The position numbers were made by a program, and so were the translations under genes. A stretch of 64,000 nt of DNA from Candidatus Saccharimonadia bacterium (GTDB taxonomy: Bacteria > Patescibacteriota > Saccharimonadia > UBA4664), in the NCBI GenBank assembly GCA_041743505.1, contig JBGTMQ010000008.1:5183-69182 (forward strand), read 5' to 3'. Under the pieces are notes generated by a model. It was not told where the DNA came from. It saw only the letters and a program-made list of their open reading frames with translations, and ran no database searches. Shown piece by piece: positions 27,438 to 38,201 of the stretch; within the stretch, counting starts at the first letter, position 1; every line of letters starts with the position of its first letter.

Positions 27438-29975
27438 ATGGCCGATTTTAATGCACAATTCGATCGGTTCACCGAAAATGCTAAGCACAGTCTGCAGAAT
27501 GCGGAGACAATCGCCGCGCAGATGGGCTCAAGTTACGTCGGCACCGAACACATTTTACTGGGCGTCTTACAGCAGGAAAGCTCCATTGGCGCCAAAATTT
27601 TAAAAAACGCGGGTGTCACTTTTGAAAAAGCCCAGCTGGTTCTGAGCTTTTCCCAACAATTAGTGAGTGGCTCTTACAAGGGCCCCAGCGAGACAGCCCG
27701 CCGCACCCTGACCTACTCGATGCGGGTTGCCAAAGAATTCGGTCAGCCCTACTGCGGCACCGAGCATATTCTGTTTGCTATTCTAAGTGAAAAAAGCGCC
27801 CGCGCCATCAGCCTGCTCAAAAACGACTTACAAGTTGACCCCTCGCTTATCCGAGGCGAGCTTGAAAATTATTTGGGCAACCAGCAGTACTTTTACGCTG
27901 AGGAAGAGCGGACGAGCACGCGTACCGGCAAGAACAGCGGCAAAAGCAAAACCCCGGCTCTGGACCATTTTGGTATCGATATAACCCAGAAAGCCCGCGC
28001 CAACCAGCTCGACCCCGTCGTGGGCAGGGAAGTTCAGATTAGCCGCATGGTCTCGATCTTGAACCGCCGAACGAAGAATAACCCGGTCTTGATTGGCGAG
28101 CCCGGCGTGGGTAAGACCGCCGTTGTCGAAGGCCTGGCCCAGCGCATCGCCACTGAGGACGTGCCCGAGATGCTGCAAAATAAGCAGCTAATCATGCTGG
28201 ATCTCGCCAGCGTCATTGCTGGTACCAAATATCGGGGCGAGTTTGAAGAGCGGCTCAAGAAAATTCTCGATGAGGCTAAGGCTAGCCCCGAGACCATCCT
28301 GTTTATCGACGAATTGCACACTGTTGTAGGCGCCGGCGCGGCTGAAGGCGCCATTGATGCAGCCAACATTCTTAAGCCGGCGTTAAGCCGGGGTGAAATT
28401 CAGGTCATCGGCGCCACCACTTTAGATGAGTATCGCAAGCATATTGAGAAAGACGCTGCATTAGAGCGCCGGTTCCAACCGGTCCAGGTACCCGAGACCA
28501 GTGTGGAAGAAACCATTGAGGTGCTCAAGGGTTTGCGCCCCCGCTACGAGGAACACCACCGCGTCGAGATTACCGACGAAGCCATCGAGAGTGCCGCCAA
28601 GCTGGCCAAACGCTATGTCGCCGACCGTTTCTTGCCCGACAAAGCCATTGATTTGATTGATGAAGCAGCCAGCCTAGCCCGTATCAAGCGTGGTGGTTCG
28701 AGCAAAGCCGTCCGCAGTCTCCAGAAACAGCTCACGGAAATCCGAGATGATATCGAAAGCGCCGTCTTCGATCAGGACTTCGAGCTGGCCGCCCGTCTCA
28801 AAACGCGCGAGAGTGTCATTCAAAACCGCCTGGCCCAGCTCAAGCTCAAGGAAGGCGCCGCTGATGCGGCTATCAAAATTGTGCCCGAAGATATCGCCCA
28901 TGTTATCTCGCTCATGACCGGCATTCCGGTCACCCGGCTCATCAAGACTGAGGTTGAGAGCCTGCTCAAGCTGGCCGGCTCGCTCAAAAGCCGGGTCATC
29001 GGCCAGGACGAGGCAGTGGAAATGATCGCCGCCAGCATCCGCCGCAGCCGCACCGGCATCGCTGACTCACGCCGCCCGATTGGCTCATTCATCTTTCTGG
29101 GCCCCACCGGTGTCGGTAAGACCGAGCTGGCTCGCGTGCTCAGTCAGGAATTGTTCCATGACCGCGAAGCCATGATCAAAATAGACATGAGCGAATTCAT
29201 GGAAAAGCACAACGTGGCGCGCCTGGTCGGGGCACCCGCCGGCTACGTCGGCTACGATGAGGGTGGACAATTGACTGAGCAAGTCCGCCGCAAGCCATAC
29301 TCGTTACTACTATTCGACGAGATCGAAAAAGCTCACCCCGACGTCTTCAATATGCTCCTGCAGATCCTGGAAGACGGCTATGTCACCGATGCCAAGGGCC
29401 GCCGGGTTGATTTCCGTAACACGGTCATCATTATGACGTCAAACGTCGGCGCCAGCGACATGTTCCGCGAAGTTAAAATCGGCTTCAAGACTGAATCTGC
29501 GGCCGAAGAGCGCAAGCTCGAGGAGACGCATGCCCAGGTCAAGCAAAAAGTTTTGTCGGAGCTCAAAAAATCCTTCCGGCCGGAGTTCCTTAACCGCATC
29601 GACCAAATTGTGGTCTTTAAGACTTTGAGTCAGAACGACATCAAGCAAATCCTGCAGCTCCAATTAGCTGATCTGCAAGGACGGCTCGATGAGCAGCGCA
29701 TCAAACTGCGCCTAACTGCTTCAGCTAAAGCCTTGCTGATGGAAAAGGGCTACGACATGGAGCAGGGCGCCCGGCCTATGCGCCGTGCCCTTCAAGACTT
29801 GGTCGAAGACCCGCTGGCTACCGGCTTGCTCGACGGGCAATTCAAGGAGGGTGCTATCGTCACTGCCACCCGACGCGGGGATCTGCTGCACTTGAGCACC
29901 GGCCGTACCACATCGGCGTCCACGGCCGAGCCCGCAGTTGAAGAAGAATCCGGGCACCCGGCACCAGCCGAATAA
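27438..29975 (+). CDS. clpC: ATP-dependent Clp protease ATP-binding subunit ClpC
   Basis: Clp N repeats, 'GEPGVGKT', UVR coiled coil, 'GPTGVGKT', 'IGF' ClpP-docking loop. Confidence 0.95.
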   Translation: MADFNAQFDRFTENAKHSLQNAETIAAQMGSSYVGTEHILLGVLQQESSIGAKILKNAGVTFEKAQLVLSFSQQLVSGSYKGPSETARRTLTYSMRVAKEFGQPYCGTEHILFAILSEKSARAISLLKNDLQVDPSLIRGELENYLGNQQYFYAEEERTSTRTGKNSGKSKTPALDHFGIDITQKARANQLDPVVGREVQISRMVSILNRRTKNNPVLIGEPGVGKTAVVEGLAQRIATEDVPEMLQNKQLIMLDLASVIAGTKYRGEFEERLKKILDEAKASPETILFIDELHTVVGAGAAEGAIDAANILKPALSRGEIQVIGATTLDEYRKHIEKDAALERRFQPVQVPETSVEETIEVLKGLRPRYEEHHRVEITDEAIESAAKLAKRYVADRFLPDKAIDLIDEAASLARIKRGGSSKAVRSLQKQLTEIRDDIESAVFDQDFELAARLKTRESVIQNRLAQLKLKEGAADAAIKIVPEDIAHVISLMTGIPVTRLIKTEVESLLKLAGSLKSRVIGQDEAVEMIAASIRRSRTGIADSRRPIGSFIFLGPTGVGKTELARVLSQELFHDREAMIKIDMSEFMEKHNVARLVGAPAGYVGYDEGGQLTEQVRRKPYSLLLFDEIEKAHPDVFNMLLQILEDGYVTDAKGRRVDFRNTVIIMTSNVGASDMFREVKIGFKTESAAEERKLEETHAQVKQKVLSELKKSFRPEFLNRIDQIVVFKTLSQNDIKQILQLQLADLQGRLDEQRIKLRLTASAKALLMEKGYDMEQGARPMRRALQDLVEDPLATGLLDGQFKEGAIVTATRRGDLLHLSTGRTTSASTAEPAVEEESGHPAPAE

Positions 29976-30077
29976 CACCAATACGCCAAAAATGCCTCGC
30001 AAGGAGCATTTTCTAACGAGATAATAACATCAAAAGGACCGGAGGGCAGGGAAATACACCTGTCCTCCGGTCCTTTG

Positions 30078-30776
30078 TTAAACGAACTTGCCTCTCTCGG
30101 GGACCCGGACCGAGATACCGCGGCCGTGGCTAGCGTAGAAGAAGTCCTCCCAAGTCTTGCCAAAATCCTTCGGGTTGAGATCCGCGTGAGTAGATCCATA
30201 TTCCACGACCCACGCAGCACTGACGGCCGACCCTTTGAACATCTGGGTTACGTGATGATGCAGGACCGCGCTTCGGGCGTCTTGGGCCTCGGGGTAATTA
30301 GCCCGTAACGCCTCAAAGAAAAAGCGCTCTCCTTCCTTGGCGCGCAACCGGCTAATCGCCACACCGGCGATTTGAGCCAGCTGGGCCGTCTCATCCTGCC
30401 CAAATCGCTTTGAGAAAACCTGCCCAAGAGCCATTTCCGAAGGTTCGTCAGGCTCATCCGCGCGGTCAATTGAATCCACCAATAGAGCCAAACTGTCGGG
30501 ATCACCACCGGCTGCCTTAGCTACAAAACGGGCTAAGGTCTCAACGATCACCGACTGGAATTTTTCAATTCCCGCATAGATAGTTGTAGTAGGCAACAAG
30601 CAAGACGCGAGTTCGCCCAAATGATCGTAGCGGTGTGGTTCTCGTTCCGGATGCGGCAGGTCGCTCAACAAAGTCCATTGCCCGATCAAAGGGGCTGATG
30701 CGGCAAGGGCGGCATCATAATCCTCGGCTTTGCCAGGGACACGGACAAGCTGGATCTCGGAATCTGAATTAGCCAT
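30078..30776 (-). CDS. Hypothetical protein
   Basis: 232-aa ORF followed by a long hairpin terminator (30032-30077). Confidence 0.6.
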   Translation of the reverse strand: MANSDSEIQLVRVPGKAEDYDAALAASAPLIGQWTLLSDLPHPEREPHRYDHLGELASCLLPTTTIYAGIEKFQSVIVETLARFVAKAAGGDPDSLALLVDSIDRADEPDEPSEMALGQVFSKRFGQDETAQLAQIAGVAISRLRAKEGERFFFEALRANYPEAQDARSAVLHHHVTQMFKGSAVSAAWVVEYGSTHADLNPKDFGKTWEDFFYASHGRGISVRVPERGKFV

Positions 30777-30921
30777 GGTCTAACTCTCTGTTAGGGTACA
30801 AAACGATAGAATTGTCAATCATTATCATGATTATGTCAAGATCAGGCGTGTTGTTTGTTCGGCTTGAGTTCGGTATAATATGACCCTCCAAGCAGGTAAA
30901 ATAACCCAAAAGGACAAAGCA

Positions 30922-32262
30922 ATGCCAAAAACTACCACACGTTTTGTCTGCCAAAGTTGCGGCGCGGTATTTGCTCGTTGGATGGGTAAGTGCGAGCAAT
31001 GCGCCGCCTGGAATTCGCTGGTCGAAGAAGTCGCGCCCGTATCGTCTGGTCTGGGTAAGGCCCGGCCTAGTGCCGCACTGGCCTCGACCAAGCTTGATGA
31101 GGTCAAAACCCAGAAGCTTCCCCGATTCCTGGCCGGCATTGACGAGGTCGACCAGGTATTGGGCGGAGGGATTGTTCCGGGTGCAGTCATGCTGCTGTCT
31201 GGTGACCCAGGTATCGGCAAGAGCACACTAGTACTGCAAATAGCCAGCCATTTGGCCCAAAATGAGCGGGTGCTCTATGTCAGCGGGGAAGAGAGCGTTA
31301 CTCAAATCAAGCTGAGGGCTGAAAGAATGAATGTTCTAGCCCAAGGCCTGGAGCTGTTAACTGAAACCAATGTCGACGCTATAGCCGCCACCATCGAACA
31401 GGGCGGTTATAAGCTTGTGATCATCGACTCCATCCAAACCATGGCGGTAGAGGCACTGACCGGCTCGCCGGGCACTGTCGGTCAGATTACTGCCAGCACC
31501 CAGGTTTTGCAGGCGGTAGCCAAACGGCATGATATTTCCACGCTCATCATTGGGCATGTCACGAAGGAGGGCCATATTGCAGGACCCAAAATCCTCGAAC
31601 ATTTGGTCGATGTTGTACTCTATCTCGAGGGTGACCGGTACGGAGCCTTCAAAGCTCTACGCGGCATCAAGAATCGGTTCGGCTCCACCAGCGAAGTCGG
31701 CATTTTCGAAATGGGCGAATCCGGCTTAGTGCCCGTCGCTAACCCGTCTCAGGCGCTATTATCCGAGCGCCAGCCTGGTCCGGGTTCGGTGGTCTTGGCT
31801 ACCCTCGAAGGCAGCCGCCCGCTGCTCGTGGAAGTCCAGGCGCTAGTCAGCACCACATCCTTTGGTTATCCGAAGCGAGCGGCCGTTGGTTTTGACTTAA
31901 ACCGGCTTAACTTGCTCGTTGCCGTTTTGACCAAACGGGCCGGACTCAACTTGAGCTCATCGGATATTTATGTTAACGTAGTCGGTGGGTTGAAAGTATC
32001 CGAGCCAGCCGCTGATTTAGCAATTATTTTATCTATCGCATCGGCTTTTAAGGATATTTCGGTTCCACAAAATTTGGTCGCGTTCGGCGAAGTTGGCCTG
32101 AGCGGAGAGGTTCGCTCAGTCGGACAAGTCGCCAAGCGCCTGGCCGAGGCCCAGCGACTTGATCTAACCTATGCCGTAGGTCCCAAGCGTCAAACCTCAG
32201 CCGGTCTCAACGGCGCCGCAACCGTAGCCGAAGCAGTAGCCTTGATCCGCAGTAAAGCCTAA
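30922..32262 (+). CDS. radA: DNA repair protein RadA/Sms
   Basis: C4 zinc finger, 'GDPGIGKSTL', 'KNRFG', Lon-like C-terminus. Confidence 0.96.
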   Translation: MPKTTTRFVCQSCGAVFARWMGKCEQCAAWNSLVEEVAPVSSGLGKARPSAALASTKLDEVKTQKLPRFLAGIDEVDQVLGGGIVPGAVMLLSGDPGIGKSTLVLQIASHLAQNERVLYVSGEESVTQIKLRAERMNVLAQGLELLTETNVDAIAATIEQGGYKLVIIDSIQTMAVEALTGSPGTVGQITASTQVLQAVAKRHDISTLIIGHVTKEGHIAGPKILEHLVDVVLYLEGDRYGAFKALRGIKNRFGSTSEVGIFEMGESGLVPVANPSQALLSERQPGPGSVVLATLEGSRPLLVEVQALVSTTSFGYPKRAAVGFDLNRLNLLVAVLTKRAGLNLSSSDIYVNVVGGLKVSEPAADLAIILSIASAFKDISVPQNLVAFGEVGLSGEVRSVGQVAKRLAEAQRLDLTYAVGPKRQTSAGLNGAATVAEAVALIRSKA

Positions 32263-32280
32263 ATAAAGGATGTCTTTATC

Positions 32281-33531
32281 ATGACCGATACCATGGTCTT
32301 ATCTCTCACCATCGTTGGTGTATTAATTGTGTTGCTAGGTATTCTTCGCCTGCGCCACGTCTCATTGCAGACTTTAGTATTGGGCCTGATCGGCGCTATT
32401 GTCGGGCTGCTGTTGGGCGCCCTGGCGAGCGTTCCCTTGAGTAAATTGTCCGACCCGTTTGGCGGAATTCTGCCGGTTGCCATAACGGTAATGTTTACGC
32501 TTACAGCCGTCGTTTTGGTACTTAGCCGCCGCACCGCCTTCCTTAAGCTCTTGCCTTTCTTGTCGATTGAAAACACCGATGCCAGCCAAGCCCAATCAGC
32601 CGCTCCGGCAGACGCACCAGCCGCCAACCGGGTTTTGGTCGACACATCAGTCATCATCGATGGGCGGATTGCTGATATTGCTGAAGCCGGCTTTGTGCCC
32701 GGCGTGCTCGTGGTGCCACGCTTCGTCTTGGCTGAGTTGCAGAACATCGCCGACTCAGACGATGCTATGCGTCGCGGCCGCGGCCGTCGCGGCCTGGAGG
32801 TCCTAAACCGGCTGCGGGACATGCCGGACGTCACCGTAGAAATTACCGAAGAGGACGTCTCTGGAATCAAAGAAGTAGACGCCAAGCTTGTTGCTTTGGC
32901 ACAGCGGTTTACGTGCAATGTCTTGACCACTGACTACAACCTGAACCGGGTGGCTCAGATCCAGGGCGTACGCGTACTTAACGTCAATGAGTTATCTAAC
33001 GCCATTCGGCCGGTTGTGCTGCCAGGTGAGCAGCTTATGGTTCGTGTGGTCCAGCCCGGCAAAGAGCGCAACCAGGGTGTAGGGTATCTGGCTGATGGGA
33101 CCATGATCGTAGTAGAAAACGGCGATAAAATGATCGGGCAAGAGGTCGCAACAGAAGTAACACGGGTTTTTCAAACCGTGGCCGGCAAAATGATTTTCGC
33201 TACTCCGCGTAAAGGCGTAGTCGTGCCAGAGCCAAAGCCAGTGTCGGCTCCACCCCAAGCCGCCTCGAACGTGCCTGAACCAGTTGCCCCAGTTCCGGCA
33301 CCAGCTCCGTTAGTCTCTGCCGAAAGTACTAAGCCGCCTAAGTCGCAGCAGGCAGCTCAGCCCCCGGCATCTCAACCTACGCAGTCGCAAAAGACCACTA
33401 GCGGTAGTCGCGCGACTGGTCCTCGTGCCAATGGTAATGGTCGCAGCCGTCGTCAGAACAATCATCGCCCGTCAGGCAGTGGCGACATCGAGGAGCGTTT
33501 AGTCCAACGCAATCACGGCCCCCAACAGTAA
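32281..33531 (+). CDS. Membrane PIN/TRAM domain protein (YacL-like) with Pro/Gln-rich tail
   Basis: 'VDTSVIIDGRI', 'RGRRGL', 'TTDYNLN', 'QGVGYLADGTM'. Confidence 0.92.
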   Translation: MTDTMVLSLTIVGVLIVLLGILRLRHVSLQTLVLGLIGAIVGLLLGALASVPLSKLSDPFGGILPVAITVMFTLTAVVLVLSRRTAFLKLLPFLSIENTDASQAQSAAPADAPAANRVLVDTSVIIDGRIADIAEAGFVPGVLVVPRFVLAELQNIADSDDAMRRGRGRRGLEVLNRLRDMPDVTVEITEEDVSGIKEVDAKLVALAQRFTCNVLTTDYNLNRVAQIQGVRVLNVNELSNAIRPVVLPGEQLMVRVVQPGKERNQGVGYLADGTMIVVENGDKMIGQEVATEVTRVFQTVAGKMIFATPRKGVVVPEPKPVSAPPQAASNVPEPVAPVPAPAPLVSAESTKPPKSQQAAQPPASQPTQSQKTTSGSRATGPRANGNGRSRRQNNHRPSGSGDIEERLVQRNHGPQQ

Positions 33532-33575
33532 GACCTTGCCGCGTATAAGCATGAGCTTTTTGCTATAATGGGCCC

Positions 33576-34319
33576 ATGCCCTTAACTAATTATCATCGTC
33601 TCGTCCGCCATAGCCAACATCATCATCGCCATCACTGGATCGCTTTTTCCTTACTAGTTGGCGGTATCGCAGTTTTATCGCTGGCTTCAGCAGACCACCC
33701 TCTGGATACTCTGGGATTCCTGAGAGCCTTTAGCGGCAGCTTTTTCATTGTGGTAGTGGCCTACATTCTAAGCTTAATCATCGGTGTGATATTGGGCCTG
33801 GCAACAATGGCATCGCCGAAAATCGAGGCCGTTGCTTTACCTATTGTGGATCTGGCGCAAAATCTACCAACTTTTGCCATTTTGCCACTCATGGTCTACT
33901 GGTTTGGCCAGACCCCTCTGGTTGTTATCACAATTTTGGTACTGGCCATGATCTGGCCAATTATCTTTAGTGTCGTTGAAGGGATTAAAGGCCAGCGCCA
34001 GGATATAGCCGAGGCAGCGACGGTTTTCGGCGCCACCGGATGGCAGAGATGGACTCACTATCTGTGGCCCTGGTTGCGCCCCCAAGTCATTGCCGGCTCT
34101 GTCGTCTCGTGGGGTCTTGCCTGGGAAACAATTGTGGCCGCCGAGATCATCGCCGGTGTATTTGGGGCTGGCTACTATCTAGGTGCATTGGGTGATGGCG
34201 GTAACGTCCAGGCATTGGCCTTGGGCGTATTCATTTATATGTTCCTGATCTTTGCCATCAACCAGCTGTTCTGGCTGCCATTGCTGCACCGCTATTCTAA
34301 ATATACGGCGAGACCATGA
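33576..34319 (+). CDS. ABC transporter permease (NitT/TauT family)
   Basis: TM helices with EAA loop 'EAATVFGA'. Confidence 0.85.
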   Translation: MPLTNYHRLVRHSQHHHRHHWIAFSLLVGGIAVLSLASADHPLDTLGFLRAFSGSFFIVVVAYILSLIIGVILGLATMASPKIEAVALPIVDLAQNLPTFAILPLMVYWFGQTPLVVITILVLAMIWPIIFSVVEGIKGQRQDIAEAATVFGATGWQRWTHYLWPWLRPQVIAGSVVSWGLAWETIVAAEIIAGVFGAGYYLGALGDGGNVQALALGVFIYMFLIFAINQLFWLPLLHRYSKYTARP

Positions 34320-35038
34320 AATCACTTGAACTACAACACATTGTTAAGCAATACCCGGGAGAAAAGGGCCCAAGCCTCGTTTTGCAGGATATCAATCTCA
34401 TCGTCAGACCGGGTGAATTTCTGTGCCTGATCGGTCCAGCCGGCTCCGGTACATCCACGCTGCTGCGGATCATAGCCGGCCTGGTCGAGCCCACATCGGG
34501 GCACGTGGTTAACCGTCCACAACCAGTCGGAATGGTATTTCAGCAGGACGGCCTGATGCCTTGGCTGACAGTGTCGGAAAATATCGCTTATGGCTTACAA
34601 ATGGCCGGTGAACACCCTAAAGCAGTTCACAGGGTGGTATCCGAACAAGCTGAGCTACTTAATTTACATGATCTGCAAAACCATTACCCCAAGGATTTAT
34701 CCGGCGCCGAAAAACAGCGGGTCGCCCTTGCCAGGGCTCTGGCCGTCAACCCGGACGCTATACTATTCAATGATGCTTTCTCCGGGCTCGACGACGTATC
34801 GGCCGGGGAGCTGCGGACCGGGCTACTGGGAATCTGGCAACAGACGGGCAAGACAGTCATTATGGTAACGCACAGCCCAGAAGAGGCCGTTCAGTTGGCC
34901 GGCCGAATCGCAGTGTTGTCGCCGCGCCCTGGCACAATCATCAAATCAATTACGAATAAACTACCACATCCCCGTCAAGTGCGCAGCGATGAGTTCTATA
35001 AACAGGCCGATACGCTCCGCGCGCTAATACAGGGCTAA
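34316..35038 (+). CDS. NitT/TauT-type ABC ATP-binding protein with degenerate motifs
   Basis: Fold motifs present, but Walker A 'GSGTST', signature 'LSGAE' and Walker B 'LFNDAF'. Confidence 0.85.
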   Translation: MKSLELQHIVKQYPGEKGPSLVLQDINLIVRPGEFLCLIGPAGSGTSTLLRIIAGLVEPTSGHVVNRPQPVGMVFQQDGLMPWLTVSENIAYGLQMAGEHPKAVHRVVSEQAELLNLHDLQNHYPKDLSGAEKQRVALARALAVNPDAILFNDAFSGLDDVSAGELRTGLLGIWQQTGKTVIMVTHSPEEAVQLAGRIAVLSPRPGTIIKSITNKLPHPRQVRSDEFYKQADTLRALIQG

Positions 35039-35045
35039 CGCTCCT

Positions 35046-37979
35046 TTATTCGATATTGAAGGACAGGTCAGGTGTTTTGACACCGTTGTCATCCTGGACA
35101 TACCAGGTATGACCGCCTGAAGACAACACGGTAGCTGATCGGGAGGTACTGGCGGTCGGGCCCCCTCGTGGTGAGCCATCAACGTACAGCCGGTATTGGC
35201 TGGCACCCTCGTTGGACGACCAGGCAAAGCTGATACTGCCAGGCGGTAAAGTAGCCCCATCTGTGGGGCTGAGGCCCTGGAAGCCGCTGCCATTGGTTCC
35301 ACTGGCGTTGATGGTGTCCTCATCACTGCCCTGGTAAAGACCAGTGTCCGTAACGATCGCCTTTATTACATGCGAACCAGCCGTTGGGGCGATGCCGGTT
35401 ATGGGGTAGGTATCGCTGGCACTAATTTGCTTAGTATAAACAATCTGGTCATCCAGATATACCTGTAACTGAGCGGAGCCAATGCCTTGCTTGGCCGTAC
35501 CGAATGTGCCCAACGTCACATTGGCCGCGACATTATTGTATGGCCCGCTTCCGCTAGTGCCATTCAATGACACAGTTGGCTTAACATCGGCGCAAGAGTG
35601 CGCGTCATCTGTTTGGGTTATGCCGGTGCTTAGCTGTTGTTCACGAGCCAGCGGCGGTGTACAGTCGGTCGCTAGTTTGCCCGAGACTTTATCCATGGAA
35701 ACATATTTTCGGGCCTGCTGCTTATACCATTTAGGATAGAAATCACTCGATGAAGTAGCCCTAAGCGCCCCGCCGGCATTCGGCAAATACTGCAGGCCTG
35801 CCGGGCGGTTAAAGGTCTCAATCGGCTTACTATTCAAGGCCGCACTCATAAAGCCCTTCCAAATTGGCGCGGAAATGTCAGCCGCCTGACTGGTCATGGG
35901 CTTGTTGTCGTTATTGCCGGCCCAAACACCGGCCACGATTGAGGGCGTATAGCCTACGGTCCAGGCGTCATTGAAGTGTTCGGTTGTGCCGGTCTTAACA
36001 GCCACGCCTTGTCCTCCCTGGCCGCTGGCACTGTGACCGGGCACATTAAGCGAGCTACCAAAGATATATGACCGGGCTCCAGCGTCGCTCAACATGCTGG
36101 TAATAAGATATGCGACCTGGGGGTCAAGCACTTTCTTGGGCGTAGCCGGTTTAGTGTTATCTTCCAAAACCTTGTCCCGGCTATCGTAAATCTTCAATAC
36201 CATAGTGGGGTCATAATGGACGCCACCGTTGGCAAAGCTCTCGTAGGCATTAACATGGTCGGCCAGTTTGACCTCGCCTGAGCCCAGCACCAAGCTCAGG
36301 CCGTAAGTGCTGGCCGGCTTGTTGAGCGTGGTAATGCCCATATTACGCGCAGTGGTAATTGAATTTGAAACGCCGGCCAAACTCAAGGCCTGAACAGCCG
36401 GAATATTCAATGAACCAGCCAGCGCTGTGCGAACTGTGACCGGGCCGCCCACCTCAGTACTACCACCGAAATCACGAGGTTTATAATTCTTATCAAACGA
36501 ATCAGCGGTTGCGATAGTGTCACTCAAGATACTGCCAGCACCATAGGTGGCGCAGGTGGTCGTATTGGCGGTACAGGTTGCGTCCTTGTTCTTACCAAAC
36601 AACGCGGCATAGACAAAGGGCTTAAAGCTTGATCCGGGCTGGCGTGGACGCGTTGCCACATTCACCTGCGATTCGGCGAAGCTGTATGAACCAACCATAG
36701 CTAGGACCTGTCCATTGGCCGGATTGGACGCCACCAGGGCGGCATTTGAGCCTTTGTTACGCAGCAGGTTTGTGTAGCTACTGTTACGTGCGTTTGGATT
36801 TACAGCTGCTTTCCCATCAGGTTTGCAGGACTCATTGCCCGGGTTGTAGATAGCCAGTTCCGCACAGCGCTGCAAGTTTGGATCCAACGAGGTAATGACC
36901 TTCCAGCCGCCTTGCTCTACTCGTGCCGCGCCATATTTCTCCTCCAACTGGTCCTGCACCGTATACACAAAGTTCGGGGCGGTTACCGCGCTATAGAATG
37001 AAGGGGTTTTATTAATAGCTAGAGCCTTATTGCCCGCTGTGTTATCGAGCATGGCCAAAGTCCACTTAGCCTCATCGGCCTTAGCCTGACTGACGTAGCC
37101 TTGCTCAACCATCTTGCGCAAAATGAGATGCTGGCGGTCGATGAGCTCCTGTTTATGCTGTCCGTACGGGTTGAAGTAGGACGGCAAGTTAGGCACAGCG
37201 GCCAGCAGCGCCGATTCGCCCAAGTTTAGATGCTCGGCGCAACTGGTCTTGCCGTACTTATCGGAGAAATACGTCCGGCAGGCCGCTTCAATGCCATAAG
37301 CACCGTTGCCATAGGGGATTTCGTTTAAATACAGCTTAAGAATATCGTTCTTAGAGTAGAACTGGTTAATCTCAATCGATAAAATTAACTCTTTAATCTT
37401 GCGGCTATAGAGGTCAAGGAATTTACGACTATAAATATTATCGTTCGTAAGTAGAGCATTCTTAACGTACTGCTGAGTAATGGTGGAGCCGCCACCCGCC
37501 GACGAATTGCGAGTTACGACACCGGTAAAGGCCCGTCCCATACCGCTCACCGAGAAGGCACCCTCTTTATAAAAGTTCTTATCCTCAATGGCGATAGTGG
37601 CTTGCTTAATAGTCTCCGGCATCTGATTGAACCCAATCAGCAAACGGTTCTGATTACCATGAACCTCATAAAGCTTGGTGCCCTTGCCTGGGTTGGTTAG
37701 TTCGTCACGGGCATAAAACGTAGTGGTAAGACCAAGCTTGCCATTGTTAATCTTGGCCGGCGAAGGCAAATCCTTGGCGTACCAGAGAAATACCAAGAAG
37801 ATAAACAAAAAACCCGCGCCAGCCAATTTGGCAAGACGAATAAGGCCGGCTTTACCGAGCCAGTAATCCTTAAAGTACTTTGGCGTGAACGATAGAAAAA
37901 AACGCTGAACATGCCCTTTAAAGCCAGTAAATTGACTGTCTAGGGGGCGGGCCGGCCGCCGAACACGACGAGTTGGCAT
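35046..37979 (-). CDS. Class A penicillin-binding protein (PBP1A) with C-terminal Ig-like domains
   Basis: 'EDKNFY', 'GGSTITQQ', 'RKIKE', 'GSSFKP', 'SLN', 'KTGT'. Confidence 0.93.
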   Translation of the reverse strand: MPTRRVRRPARPLDSQFTGFKGHVQRFFLSFTPKYFKDYWLGKAGLIRLAKLAGAGFLFIFLVFLWYAKDLPSPAKINNGKLGLTTTFYARDELTNPGKGTKLYEVHGNQNRLLIGFNQMPETIKQATIAIEDKNFYKEGAFSVSGMGRAFTGVVTRNSSAGGGSTITQQYVKNALLTNDNIYSRKFLDLYSRKIKELILSIEINQFYSKNDILKLYLNEIPYGNGAYGIEAACRTYFSDKYGKTSCAEHLNLGESALLAAVPNLPSYFNPYGQHKQELIDRQHLILRKMVEQGYVSQAKADEAKWTLAMLDNTAGNKALAINKTPSFYSAVTAPNFVYTVQDQLEEKYGAARVEQGGWKVITSLDPNLQRCAELAIYNPGNESCKPDGKAAVNPNARNSSYTNLLRNKGSNAALVASNPANGQVLAMVGSYSFAESQVNVATRPRQPGSSFKPFVYAALFGKNKDATCTANTTTCATYGAGSILSDTIATADSFDKNYKPRDFGGSTEVGGPVTVRTALAGSLNIPAVQALSLAGVSNSITTARNMGITTLNKPASTYGLSLVLGSGEVKLADHVNAYESFANGGVHYDPTMVLKIYDSRDKVLEDNTKPATPKKVLDPQVAYLITSMLSDAGARSYIFGSSLNVPGHSASGQGGQGVAVKTGTTEHFNDAWTVGYTPSIVAGVWAGNNDNKPMTSQAADISAPIWKGFMSAALNSKPIETFNRPAGLQYLPNAGGALRATSSSDFYPKWYKQQARKYVSMDKVSGKLATDCTPPLAREQQLSTGITQTDDAHSCADVKPTVSLNGTSGSGPYNNVAANVTLGTFGTAKQGIGSAQLQVYLDDQIVYTKQISASDTYPITGIAPTAGSHVIKAIVTDTGLYQGSDEDTINASGTNGSGFQGLSPTDGATLPPGSISFAWSSNEGASQYRLYVDGSPRGGPTASTSRSATVLSSGGHTWYVQDDNGVKTPDLSFNIE

Positions 37980-38201
37980 AGTTCCTCTAAATATGAATAA
38001 TTACGCTTTAGCATTATAGCAAACAATTAGGGTATAACGGTCAATTAATGATGTATCACAGTTGGCCTGAAAAAATACTGAAAAAGGCCATTAAAGCCCA
38101 TCTACCTCAGGCAATACAAACTACTGCCCTCAGTTCAGTACCCACTCACAAGCACCTTAACACTGGGGTCTAAGCATAATGTCTGTTAAACTAGGCCACA
38201 T

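Noticed and set aside
30078-30776. 'HADLNP' as a kinase catalytic loop
   Set aside because: It lies close to the C-terminus, lacks the following Asn and a DFG-type motif at the right distance, and has no N-lobe motifs.
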